Shown here: in pieces, positions 48,071-57,097 of the stretch
Numbering within the stretch: the first letter of the stretch is position 1
Layout: every line of letters starts with the position of its first letter
Origin: Magallana gigas
Lineage: Eukaryota
Reading direction: 5' to 3'
DNA: 64,000 bases
NCBI RefSeq assembly: GCF_963853765.1
Contig: NC_088855.1
Coordinates: 36,402,205-36,466,204, forward strand
The notes under the pieces: generated by a model
Databases searched by the model: none
What the model was told of the DNA's origin: nothing
What the model saw: the letters and a program-made list of their open reading frames with translations, nothing else
Program-made: the position numbers and the translations under genes

Positions 48071-51055
48071 TTAAAAACTCTGATTTGTGTAAAACAATCG
48101 TTGTCCTGAGCATTGGCCTTGGCACATGATAAATAAGGTGCCAGAAGGGTACCGTCCCACTGCGTTAATTTTGTCTAGACACTGCCTGTGCACCCGTGCA
48201 AAACAGCATTCGGTTGTTGCACACAGCTGTGTTGCTGGACAACCAAACATACACACAGCACAATGAATGTTAAACCTATCATCCGTAGGTTGATCATACC
48301 AAGATGACCTTAATTGTTCTCTCACCGATTTTTTTAATTTATTTTTTCTAAATCGCAGAGGTATATATCCATCCTCCAAAATTAAGTCGAATACGAATTG
48401 CTTAGGTAATCGATATAAATGAGAAACTTTTACCAAATAATTATTTGCAATCGGTGAAAGGCCAAAACATTCAAAATATAAAACGAGTAAGTCAAAGGTT
48501 GTTCCTTTACTGAGTGTTAACGTATATTCCTCTAATAAGGTAAAAAGTAAATCAAAACACAAAAAATCAGCGAATGTAATCAACTGTTGATAAATATATT
48601 CAGTTTCACATTCTAAGTGAACATTACAGTAATAAATAAATTTAGTTAATTTCTTTATAGTAATATTTTTGAATAAATCAAAAAGTCTTTGAATTATTAC
48701 AGGATGTGTGATTGAATCGGGGATAGATGTATGTAAATATTTATGTTTTTTTCCTGGGGTACGTTTCATGACTTTGAGTAGTACTTGGTCCCTTATCCGA
48801 AATTGTGGTACCTTTGTTTTTTTATCATATCGTTCTTTATTTACTTTTTGGACATCTTTTACATTTTGTTTTGCGAGTTCTTGAATAATTTTTACTTTAT
48901 GGACCAATTCCTTTACGTATGCATCAGGCGCTTTGTTTAATTCCTCCGTTGGCAATAACGCAACATCCAACGGCAAGGACATTTCTTTTCCAAATACCAT
49001 ATAGTATGGCGAAAACCCCGTTGATTGCGTTGAGGGACTCATTCTAAATGCCATCAAAATACTGGGCAAAATTTCATCCCATTGTGTTTGTTCTTTTTGA
49101 CAATAAGCCCGTAAAGATTGCGCAAGCGTGGAATTAATTCTTTCACAAGCTACATTACTTTGTGGGTGATAGGAACTTGTGACATGTCGTGTAACTTGAA
49201 AAATTTTACACAAGACCTGCACTATTTTTGACATAAAATTTTGTCCCCTATCACTGACTAAAGTCCTAGGAGCCCCATATCTAGTAAAAATTTCTTTGTA
49301 TAATACATTAGCAACTTCAGTAGCCTCCTGAGTTTTCATTGGCAAAGCTTCTGACCAATGCGACAAGGAATCTGTAACCACTAGAATGTATTGAAAGCCT
49401 TGTTTTGTTTTTGGTAATCCTGCCAAAATGTCCATATGCCATCTATCAAAGGTACCTTGGACTGGCAAGGGATGTAATGGTGCATTTCGAGCTGACGTAT
49501 CTCGTTTGACCCTTTGACAGATGTCACATGACGTTACATAATCGTAGATATTTTGATACATTTTAGGCCAAAAGTATTTTTGTTTTATTGCCACATATGT
49601 CCTTTGAACGCCTAAATGACAACCGCCTGCAATTGAATCATGATATGACCTTATCACATCATTTCTTAGTTTTTCCGGAACAGCCAATTGTTTTAAAATT
49701 ACTTCCGTTTTTGCCTTATTTTTAGTTCTTGGTTGGAATATATGAAACAATACATCATTTATAATTTCATACTGATTTGCTTCATACGGAATTGCTTTTG
49801 CACGATTTTTATCTGCCGGAAGAAGTCCTTGTTGTATATACTCATAAATATGCTTAAAATATGGACAATTTTGTTGTTCATTCTTAATTTGAGTTTGAAT
49901 TGATAGTACATTTATTGTGGTGTTTTGACATTCTGTTTTCTTTTCAGCCATTTTTAAAATGTCTTCAGAATTTTCATTTGCATAGATGAATGTTATTTCT
50001 GTTTTTTCTGACGGTAACAAATCATCATCTTGGGAGAACTTGTTTGTGTTTTGACACATGTCTTGATCTGGGTATGGCCTTCTTGAAAGAGCATCACAAT
50101 TTTGATGTTTTATTCCTGGTCGATGTTTAATATCAAATGTATATTCTTGCAATTTTAAAGCCCATCGAATTAATCTTGCATTTGTATGTTTTATCGTTTT
50201 TAACCAGGTAAGCGCCTTGTGGTTGGTATTAACAATGAATTTATTGTTAATTAAATAAACGCGAAAATGATCAATAGCTGATATTAATGCTAGCATTTCC
50301 TGTTCCGTAACAGAATATGATTTTTCTGTATTGCTAAGCGCTCTTCCCCCATATGCAATTACATGTTCCTTATCATCATCCCCAATTTGTGACAGAACAT
50401 AACCTATTGCCATTCCAGATGCATCGCAAGATACAATAAATTGTTTTTGAAAATCTGGATACGCCAAGATGGGAGTATTCGTTAAAGTTTGTTTTAATGA
50501 ATCAAAAGCAGTTTGACAATCTTGTGTCCATTTAAACAGCGTGTTCTTTGTCAATAATCTATTTAAAGGTAGCGCAATTTTGGAATAACCTTTGACAAAT
50601 TTCCGATAATAATTTGCAAGACCCAGAAAACTGCGAACATCATGCTGATTTTTGGGTAAAGGATAAGATTTTACCGCGTCAATTTTGGATGGATTTACTT
50701 TTATTCCGTGTTTTGATATAATATGTCCCAAATAATTGACTTCTGATCTTGCAAATGAACATTTGAGTGGTTTTAATGTCAAATTTGCGTCTCGTAATCT
50801 TTGAAAAATTAAAGAAAGATGTTTTAAATGATTTTCAAAATTATCTGACCATACAATGATGTCATCAATGTAAACCAAACAATGTTTCCACGTAAGACCT
50901 TTAAGAATCATATTCATGAGCATTTGAAACGTCGCAGGTGCATTAACTAATCCAAAAGGCATTCGTTTAAACTGATATAAATTATCATGCGTAATAAAAG
51001 CAGTTTTATGTTTTGTTCGTTCATCCAAGGCAATTTGCCAATAACCCGAAGCCAA
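48071..51055 (-). CDS. Retrotransposon pol: RT, RNase H, integrase and a C-terminal Cys-rich PHD-like finger.
   Basis: A 994-aa ORF. It contains MASGYWQIALDERTKHKTAFITHDNLYQFKRMPFGLVNAPATFQ...YIDDIIVWS (RT), then the integrase HHCC finger and DDE core. The C-terminus is ...CAVCMFGCPATQLCATTECCFARVHRQCLDKINAVGRYPSGTLFIMCQGQCSG. Confidence 0.85.
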   Translation of the reverse strand: MASGYWQIALDERTKHKTAFITHDNLYQFKRMPFGLVNAPATFQMLMNMILKGLTWKHCLVYIDDIIVWSDNFENHLKHLSLIFQRLRDANLTLKPLKCSFARSEVNYLGHIISKHGIKVNPSKIDAVKSYPLPKNQHDVRSFLGLANYYRKFVKGYSKIALPLNRLLTKNTLFKWTQDCQTAFDSLKQTLTNTPILAYPDFQKQFIVSCDASGMAIGYVLSQIGDDDKEHVIAYGGRALSNTEKSYSVTEQEMLALISAIDHFRVYLINNKFIVNTNHKALTWLKTIKHTNARLIRWALKLQEYTFDIKHRPGIKHQNCDALSRRPYPDQDMCQNTNKFSQDDDLLPSEKTEITFIYANENSEDILKMAEKKTECQNTTINVLSIQTQIKNEQQNCPYFKHIYEYIQQGLLPADKNRAKAIPYEANQYEIINDVLFHIFQPRTKNKAKTEVILKQLAVPEKLRNDVIRSYHDSIAGGCHLGVQRTYVAIKQKYFWPKMYQNIYDYVTSCDICQRVKRDTSARNAPLHPLPVQGTFDRWHMDILAGLPKTKQGFQYILVVTDSLSHWSEALPMKTQEATEVANVLYKEIFTRYGAPRTLVSDRGQNFMSKIVQVLCKIFQVTRHVTSSYHPQSNVACERINSTLAQSLRAYCQKEQTQWDEILPSILMAFRMSPSTQSTGFSPYYMVFGKEMSLPLDVALLPTEELNKAPDAYVKELVHKVKIIQELAKQNVKDVQKVNKERYDKKTKVPQFRIRDQVLLKVMKRTPGKKHKYLHTSIPDSITHPVIIQRLFDLFKNITIKKLTKFIYYCNVHLECETEYIYQQLITFADFLCFDLLFTLLEEYTLTLSKGTTFDLLVLYFECFGLSPIANNYLVKVSHLYRLPKQFVFDLILEDGYIPLRFRKNKLKKSVREQLRSSWYDQPTDDRFNIHCAVCMFGCPATQLCATTECCFARVHRQCLDKINAVGRYPSGTLFIMCQGQCSGQRLFYTNQSF

Positions 51056-51057
51056 AT

Positions 51058-52095
51058 CTAGAGTTGAAAATATCTGAGCTTTAAATTGGTTTGACCTACC
51101 GCATCGAATACATCATCTAAACGCATAGATGGAAAAGTTTGAAGTTGAGTGACCGCGTTCAATTTTCTATAATCTATTGCAAATCTATATTCATTATTTG
51201 GCTTTTTAACTAAGACAACCGGAGAAGCATACGCGGAAATGCTTTCTTCAATTATATCGTATTTCAACATTTGTTTAACTTGTTTTTCAATTTCCAACTT
51301 TGCTTTTGGCGATGTTCTATAGGGCTGCGATTGAATAGGTTTTTCCGTTTCTGTTATAATGGAATGATAATAATTGTTGCATTTACCTAATTCTGATAAA
51401 TCATTTGCAAAGACATCACTGTTTTGATTGATAAATTCTTGAAATATTTGCTTTTGCTGATCTGATAACACAGTTGATGTTAAGTCTAACGGTACATGTT
51501 TATATTTCGATTTTATAGTTGTGTTATTTTCGTCTATGGAATAAATAGCTTTTGTCCGGATCGTACTCACTGTAGCTATTATCGTGCCCGCGGTCAAGCA
51601 TACGTTCTTATTGGATGCATTGGCTACTTGTATAAACACGCGCTTCGGCCGATTAATTACAAGACACTTTGCAATTGCGAGCTGCTTTTGTATATTGCCA
51701 GTCGGTTCTAATAACACGGTATGGTTTTTCTGAGTGCGCGAGAGTTTTATTGGAATATTTGCAAATCCGTTCGGTTGTACGGTAATTGCTTTTGAGACTC
51801 TGGCCAAACCATTACTTACGTTAATTATATTAACATAAGTAGAAAACTCTTGTAAATACAATGTTTTCGTACCCCAATCAATGCATGCTTTTTGTTTTTT
51901 CATAAAATCAGTTCCCAAAATTAAAGGATGACACAAGTCTTGAATGACATAAAATATTTGCCTAAATTTAAGACCTCCTATTTTTATTTCCAATTCGATT
52001 TTCCCATTTACTGTATGTGTCGTTCCCCCAGCACCGGTGATAAACGAAATTTCAGAATTTTTAAGTTTATTTTCATGAATTTTGATTTTGTTCAA
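51058..52095 (-). CDS. Retrotransposon pol, N-terminal part: aspartic protease plus the beginning of RT.
   Basis: It contains ...ISFITGAGGTTHTVNGKIELE...ILGTDFMKKQKACIDW, which is protease-like. It ends YRKLNAVTQLQTFPSMRLDDVFDAVGQTNLKLRYFQL*, which is RT finger/palm. The stop falls inside the RT domain. Confidence 0.75.
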   Translation of the reverse strand: MNKIKIHENKLKNSEISFITGAGGTTHTVNGKIELEIKIGGLKFRQIFYVIQDLCHPLILGTDFMKKQKACIDWGTKTLYLQEFSTYVNIINVSNGLARVSKAITVQPNGFANIPIKLSRTQKNHTVLLEPTGNIQKQLAIAKCLVINRPKRVFIQVANASNKNVCLTAGTIIATVSTIRTKAIYSIDENNTTIKSKYKHVPLDLTSTVLSDQQKQIFQEFINQNSDVFANDLSELGKCNNYYHSIITETEKPIQSQPYRTSPKAKLEIEKQVKQMLKYDIIEESISAYASPVVLVKKPNNEYRFAIDYRKLNAVTQLQTFPSMRLDDVFDAVGQTNLKLRYFQL

Positions 52096-52446
52096 AGTGT
52101 CGGAATTAATGGCTGAAATTGTTGATCCTGTATCTAAAAGAGCATTAAACCGAGTGGTATGTACATATACAGGAATAGAACATTTTTCTTTAAAAGAAAT
52201 TAAAACATCAACAGAATCTGTCTCTTGCCCATCTCCAAATTTGTTTTGATTGAAATTTCGATTTTTCTTTTGTTTTAAATTAGAATTTTGTGTTGATTTG
52301 AAATTGTGAATTTGATTTTTCTTTAAATTTAAGTGTTGATCGTTAAAATTTTGAAAATGGTTTTGTTGCCAACGTAATTGTTTTTTCTGATGATAATTTT
52401 GAACAGTGGATCTGGGAATGAACGTTTTGGAGATAGGCGCGATTTC

Positions 52447-53844
52447 CTATTGTTGTACAACATATGACTGTCTACACGCCCTTGAAAAATGGCCCACTCT
52501 GTTACAAGTATGACAGAGAGCATTTCGTGCGGGGCATCTGGATCTATCCATGCACATGCCTAGACAAAAATAACATTGCGGAGCGATCATGCGGGGGTGT
52601 TGGGTTGACTGCTGCTGTGTATTAGGTCTTATATTGACACCGGGCAACGCGTATCTGACCGTTCTTGATCTATTTAGCCTGATAGTTTGCCGTCTTGGCC
52701 GATAAATAGGTGCCTGCTGTGGCGGCGAATGAAATCTAACCCTTTGCTGAAAAACAGGTGGTTGTTGCGTTACAAATTGTGGGGAATAATCTTGAGTTTG
52801 CGGCATAACACGGTTAATTTCATTAACTTCTGTCTTTGTCTCAATTTTTTCTTTTAAGTTCTTAATCTCCGACAACAAATTTTCATACGTCTCTAACGTT
52901 GTAATTTGACTTGGTTGAGATTTTTCCGCCAAAATTGCAATTTGCCTTAACTGTTCCATTGTTTTGGGGTTCTGGGTAACAACGTATGTTTTAATATCAG
53001 ATCTTAAACCATTCATTGCAACTGAAAGTAAAACTTTTTCTGGAATATTTTTAATAGAAGCTAAACTGACCAGTCTGGACAAAAATTCTCCCACAGGTTC
53101 TGTCCCCTTTTGCTTCATTTGAAGTACCGACAAATCCAAAAAGTTTTCTAATTCTTTAAACCTTTCTTGAAACAAGTTTGTAAGTGTCGCAGGATTTACT
53201 TTTTGTTCAGGTGACAAAGAATCATACCAAATTTTTGCATGCCCCTCTAAATAAAACGGAAAAGCATCAATAATTTTAGAATCAGGCAAATCATGAAATT
53301 TTGCCCATTGCCCAAAATTTGTAAACCATGCATTTACGTCCTGAGAGCCATCTCCTTTAAATTTGTCTAATTTAATGTTAGAAGACATTCTAAAGGTAGA
53401 GAAAAATGAGTTTCTACCTGCTGTCTGTGAGTTGGCAGCCGTATTTTCTGGTATTACAAATTCCTGGCTGGTTCGAGGTAGGTTCTGCGGTGGGTTGCTT
53501 GTCTTGGAGGCCTGGGATGCGTTCGGGGCGTTGTGCGCGTCCGAAGGGTCCGGGGCGTTGAATCCGTCCTTGACGTTATGTGCGCTCGGAAGGTTTTGGG
53601 CGTTGTGTGTGTCCGAAAGGTCCGGGGCGTTGGATTCGTTGTTGACGTTGTTTGCGTTCGGAGTGTTATATTCGTCCGTAGCGTTGTGTGCGTCCGACGG
53701 GTCCGGGACTCTGCTGATTTCGTGTCTATCGAAGGACGGAAATGTAGTCCTTCCGAAGGAAGCCGCCTGGGATGAAGATGCCTCGTGTGGATTTAGTACC
53801 ACAGATGGATAGTTGAAATTTAAATCATCATTAGAATAAAACAA
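52447..53844 (-). CDS. Retrotransposon gag (capsid plus CCHC zinc knuckle).
   Basis: A 465-aa ORF. Its N-terminal third is low-complexity, with repeated APDxSDxHNAxN units. The C-terminus is ...CYFCLGMCMDRSRCPARNALCHTCNRVGHFSRAC. It is in the same frame as the protease ORF, separated by a stop codon. Confidence 0.8.
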   Translation of the reverse strand: MFYSNDDLNFNYPSVVLNPHEASSSQAASFGRTTFPSFDRHEISRVPDPSDAHNATDEYNTPNANNVNNESNAPDLSDTHNAQNLPSAHNVKDGFNAPDPSDAHNAPNASQASKTSNPPQNLPRTSQEFVIPENTAANSQTAGRNSFFSTFRMSSNIKLDKFKGDGSQDVNAWFTNFGQWAKFHDLPDSKIIDAFPFYLEGHAKIWYDSLSPEQKVNPATLTNLFQERFKELENFLDLSVLQMKQKGTEPVGEFLSRLVSLASIKNIPEKVLLSVAMNGLRSDIKTYVVTQNPKTMEQLRQIAILAEKSQPSQITTLETYENLLSEIKNLKEKIETKTEVNEINRVMPQTQDYSPQFVTQQPPVFQQRVRFHSPPQQAPIYRPRRQTIRLNRSRTVRYALPGVNIRPNTQQQSTQHPRMIAPQCYFCLGMCMDRSRCPARNALCHTCNRVGHFSRACRQSYVVQQ

Positions 53845-54039
53845 AGGCGGGGAAGTTTGCGAAATGTTTTTATAGTTCTTGTTCGATCCTGATGCAAAAT
53901 CTGGTCTCGATTCTGATACGAAATCTGGTCTATATGTGTTAGCGTTAAATTCAATGTCTGAATCTTCAAAATCAGGCTGAATAAATTTCGAGCCAGATGT
54001 TCTCTAACTGGAAGAATTGACGTTACCGTGGCTTGGACG

Positions 54040-54057
54040 AAGACCGGATTTCCACCA
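54040..54057 (-). promoter_or_regulatory. Primer-binding site (PBS) candidate of the LTR element.
   Basis: On the minus strand, the sequence directly after the inverted-A terminus (...cctagtacgatata) is TGGTGGAAATCCGGTCTT. It begins with the canonical TGG that pairs with a tRNA 3' CCA. The donor tRNA was not identified. Confidence 0.5.
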
Positions 54058-54709
54058 CTATATCGTACTAGGATTTTGCTTAATACGATATTTCCGTTAA
54101 TTTGATCCTCGGGATCTTATTCGTCCTTGACCAGACACCTGGCGTTGTCTGTGCCACGTTATATAACCCAGAATTCTCTCCTCCTCAACCTGGGGAGTAG
54201 CCCTTTCCCTGTCTGTATAAAAAGAGGAGGCAAAAGACAGCTTGGAATTTATCATAACGGAAATTATACAGAAATTGGTTAAAGGACATGCGGTAAATAG
54301 ATAACGTATGTTTATTTAGGTTCATGGAGAAATGTGTTATTAAGTCCAGTGATGAGCCTGTCGATGCCGGGTCAGAAATCTAAATAAAACGCTTCTACTG
54401 ACCACGGTGCGTCAGATCATTAGTATGCACTTAATCGCATTTACTTATAAGGTCCGGAGATCGGAAGTAGTGTCCGTGCGTATAAAAAGGAGGTGCGGGG
54501 AAAGCAGCTCTCCAGTAGTCAACTGGAAGCTGTCTTTTGCCTCCTCTTTTTATACAGACAGGGAAAGGGCTACTCCCCAGGTTGAGGAGGAGAGAATTCT
54601 GGGTTATATAACGTGGCACAGACAACGCCAGGTGTCTGGTCAAGGACGAATAAGATCCCGAGGATCAAATTAACGGAAATATCGTATTAAGCAAAATCCT
54701 AGTACGATA
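54058..54709 (-). repeat. 5' LTR region in element orientation, organised as A (185 bp), then B (287 bp), then inverted A (186 bp). It abuts the PBS.
   Basis: On the plus strand, 54058-54243 is a direct copy of 47282-47466. 54244-54530 is the reverse complement of 47701-47965. 54531-54709 is the reverse complement of 47282-47480. Both A and B carry a TATAAAAAG(A)GGAGG promoter-like motif. Confidence 0.7.
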
Positions 54710-54805
54710 GTTATATTAGACCTTTGAAACTTTCAAAGTTTGGTCTATTCTAGGGATATTTTAGCAATGAAAGGAAAAACTATTCAAATAGATACATGTA
54801 ACTTA

Positions 54806-54810
<5 letters not shown>

Positions 54811-54890
<80 letters not shown>
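54811..54890. repeat. (TA)n microsatellite of about 40 units, just outside the retrotransposon.
   Basis: Visible directly. The overlapping minus-strand ORFs 54784-54996 and 54809-55003 (IYIYIY...) are translation artefacts. Confidence 0.95.
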
Positions 54891-54894
<4 letters not shown>

Positions 54895-55927
54895 AAAAAA
54901 ACAACGCGCCATCGACTTTTTGAGATAATAGCGAGCGCAGCGAGCTCCATAGACAACGTGTACGAACGGAGGAAATTCGAGTTGAAATCTGCACATTGTT
55001 CAAAGAAATTTTTATGAGGCCACGTGAAAAAGTTCTACATATCCCAATAATCCTTTGCGGTGCATAGCAACATGGTGGAACAGGAAGCGTTTCTAAGGAA
55101 AATTCTTACCTCTTAATCGTATACATCTATTTCAGTTATAACAACAAAAATCTTTTAAAAACACTGAAGTAAACAACATATATGCTTACGTTAAAAACTG
55201 TACCTATCTGAACTTTTGCTGACATATGACGTCATTTCCTTTCCCGAATTTTTCCGACAATTTACGAGAACTGTCGAGCGCAAAAGAAGTTAAGTTTAGA
55301 GGTGGATCAAGCATATATGTACTGTACGGTGTAACGTGTAGTAAGTACTCAGTATCAGTATTAATGGTAACTGTTCGGCTGATTAGTTTTGTTATCATAT
55401 TTTTTGGCTAAGTAAACACACATGCAAGTTCCATACTTAATTTACAGTCATATTGATTCAATTGTAATATTCATGCGTGAGGTAGGTGACAAAAAATTAT
55501 TTAAAAAATGTCTACAACGCATATATAGCATACAAAAATTAAGAAAATTAAAAACGAATTGATGATACAGAGGAAAATAACAACAAGGAACAAAATGGGA
55601 AATAACACACTCAGACAAGCAGTTTATTAATTACTGATTTTAATGATCATTATTAAAAAGTTAAGGAATGATAAAACATGATTGTCCTTTTATAAAAAAA
55701 AAATCAAACGTCTTTGATTCGACATATTTTAATAAGTCTGTTTTACATTAAATCTATGCTCAGTGGTAGTTTGTTTAAGTGTATGATGGACAATTGGGAT
55801 AAATATTTGATAACTTCGGGTTCCTTGCGGTGATAAAAGTTTTCGAGACAAAGCCAAAGTTTTTAGGTTGGGGCAAGTCCATGGGTTAACGTTGCATTTA
55901 ACAATGATGAGAGATGTTTGGTTCCTT

Positions 55928-55979
55928 CTGCGCTCGCCCCAACGGTCACACCGTAAAACATATTAATACCGAGCGCAGG
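55928..55979. repeat. Dispersed hairpin-containing repeat, of the form ctgcgctcg, about a 30-nt loop, then cgagcgcag. This is copy 1 of at least four related copies or fragments.
   Basis: Other copies are at 56681-56800 (the hairpin plus a tail, cgagctctaccggcaaggcgtgtgtgaa...aaattcggact...tgcacatt), at 58214-58256, and at 54896-55000 (the half-hairpin plus the tail, cgagctccatagacaacgtgtacgaa...aaattcgagtt...tgcacatt). Two of the copies adjoin the (TA)n tracts. Confidence 0.5.
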
Positions 55980-55993
55980 ATTAATGGTAACAC

Positions 55994-55994
<1 letters not shown>

Positions 55995-56056
<62 letters not shown>
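55995..56056. repeat. (TA)n microsatellite of about 31 units.
   Basis: Visible directly. It is preceded by one copy of the hairpin repeat. Confidence 0.95.
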
Positions 56057-56058
<2 letters not shown>

Positions 56059-56921
56059 AAAATCAGTGAAAAATGAAAGTTGAATCAGGGGTACTAAGGC
56101 CAAACAAATTTTCTTCCAGCCCTGGGCGCCGCCATATTGAAAGCCATTTTGTTTTCAAAAAGTTAGTTCGATCACTGATTGACTGGTACTTATCGATGTT
56201 TATTGCAGCTAAACTCAATTAAGATTTTCCAATGTTTCAATAGAAGGTAATTTGAATTAAAAGAAATAAAAGAGGACACCAGATAAGTTTCAATAGTGCG
56301 TCAATCAAGAAACACGACTAGTTCTATGTATGTCTTATCGAATTATCAGATGGAAAATAAAAACATTAACATCAAGGAACTGATCTTTTAGATACTGAAT
56401 AAAGTATTCAATTTTATTATCGCGGCATTTATATGAATTAAATTGATAAACAATATGAAAGAAGAAATAAAAAAAAGTTCGGAATAAAGTCACTCTTCGG
56501 CTATTTCCGAAGACAAAACGTGTACGTTTTACGTCTGTAACATGACGTCATAATGTAGACTGAGCACGCGACGTTTGGTTTAACTTTGGCTGATGATTTG
56601 AGTAGGCAACCAGGCGGATCCTACTGTGTGCGTTTCAAATGAATTTTTTTCAACAAAATTCAATCTGCAGTGTGTTAAATCTGCGCTCGGTCAAACGGTC
56701 ACACCGTTTATATATTAGCGAGCGCAGCTCGCCGGCGCGAAGCGAGCTCTACCGGCAAGGCGTGTGTGAATAGAAAATTCGGACTATTTGCACATTCATT
56801 CAACGGATTTTTTTGGTGTCAGTAAATCGGACCAGTAATGCCTTGTTTTAATCGTCCCAGTAGTTCCCTGTAATTATGGTTTCCCATTTCACACTCTCAC
56901 GAGAACAAGATAAAAGACTAT

Positions 56922-57060
56922 GCATGCGCGGATCCAGAAATTTTTTCCAGGGGGGGGGGGTCCGAAGGATAATTGTGTTTGCCAGGGGGGGTCCGAGGCA
57001 TATTTTCGCGATAATTTTACTATGTATATTTAATAAATTTTCATTTTCCAGGGGGGGTCG

Positions 57061-57096
<36 letters not shown>

Positions 57097-57097
57097 T
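56922..57097. repeat. Structured element consisting of 17-bp inverted arms around three G-rich ccagggggggtccga-type units and a nested G/C palindrome.
   Basis: The arms are gcatgcgcggatccaga ... tctagatccgcgcatgc. G7-G11 runs lie at about 56950, 56985 and 57050. The nested palindrome is gggggggtcgggacccccccgacccccc. Confidence 0.6.

Larger units (their letters stand above)
47282..54709 (-). mobile_element. Ty3/gypsy-type LTR retrotransposon of about 7.4 kb, on the minus strand. It carries gag, protease and RT-RNaseH-integrase, and is flanked by the 6-bp direct repeat GTTATA.
   Basis: gag is at 52447-53844 and contains a CCHC knuckle, CHTCNRVGHFSRAC. Protease is at 51058-52095. RT/RNaseH/integrase is at 48071-51055. 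The RT motifs are YIDDIIVWS and MASGYWQIAL. The integrase has an HHCC finger and a DDE core (WHMDILAGLP...VVTDSLSHW...LVSDRGQNF...ACERIN).

The terminal repeat blocks are more than 99% identical: A 47282-47480 versus 54058-54243, and B 47701-47965 versus 54244-54530 (inverted). GTTATA occurs at 47276-47281 and at 54710-54715. Confidence 0.9.

Noticed and set aside
53363-53812. Plus-strand ORFs antisense to gag (53363-53812 and 53533-53775).
   Set aside because: They overlap the well-supported gag ORF on the opposite strand and are GC-rich codon-wobble artefacts.
54784-55003. Minus-strand ORFs encoding poly-(IY).
   Set aside because: They are translation of the (TA)n microsatellite.
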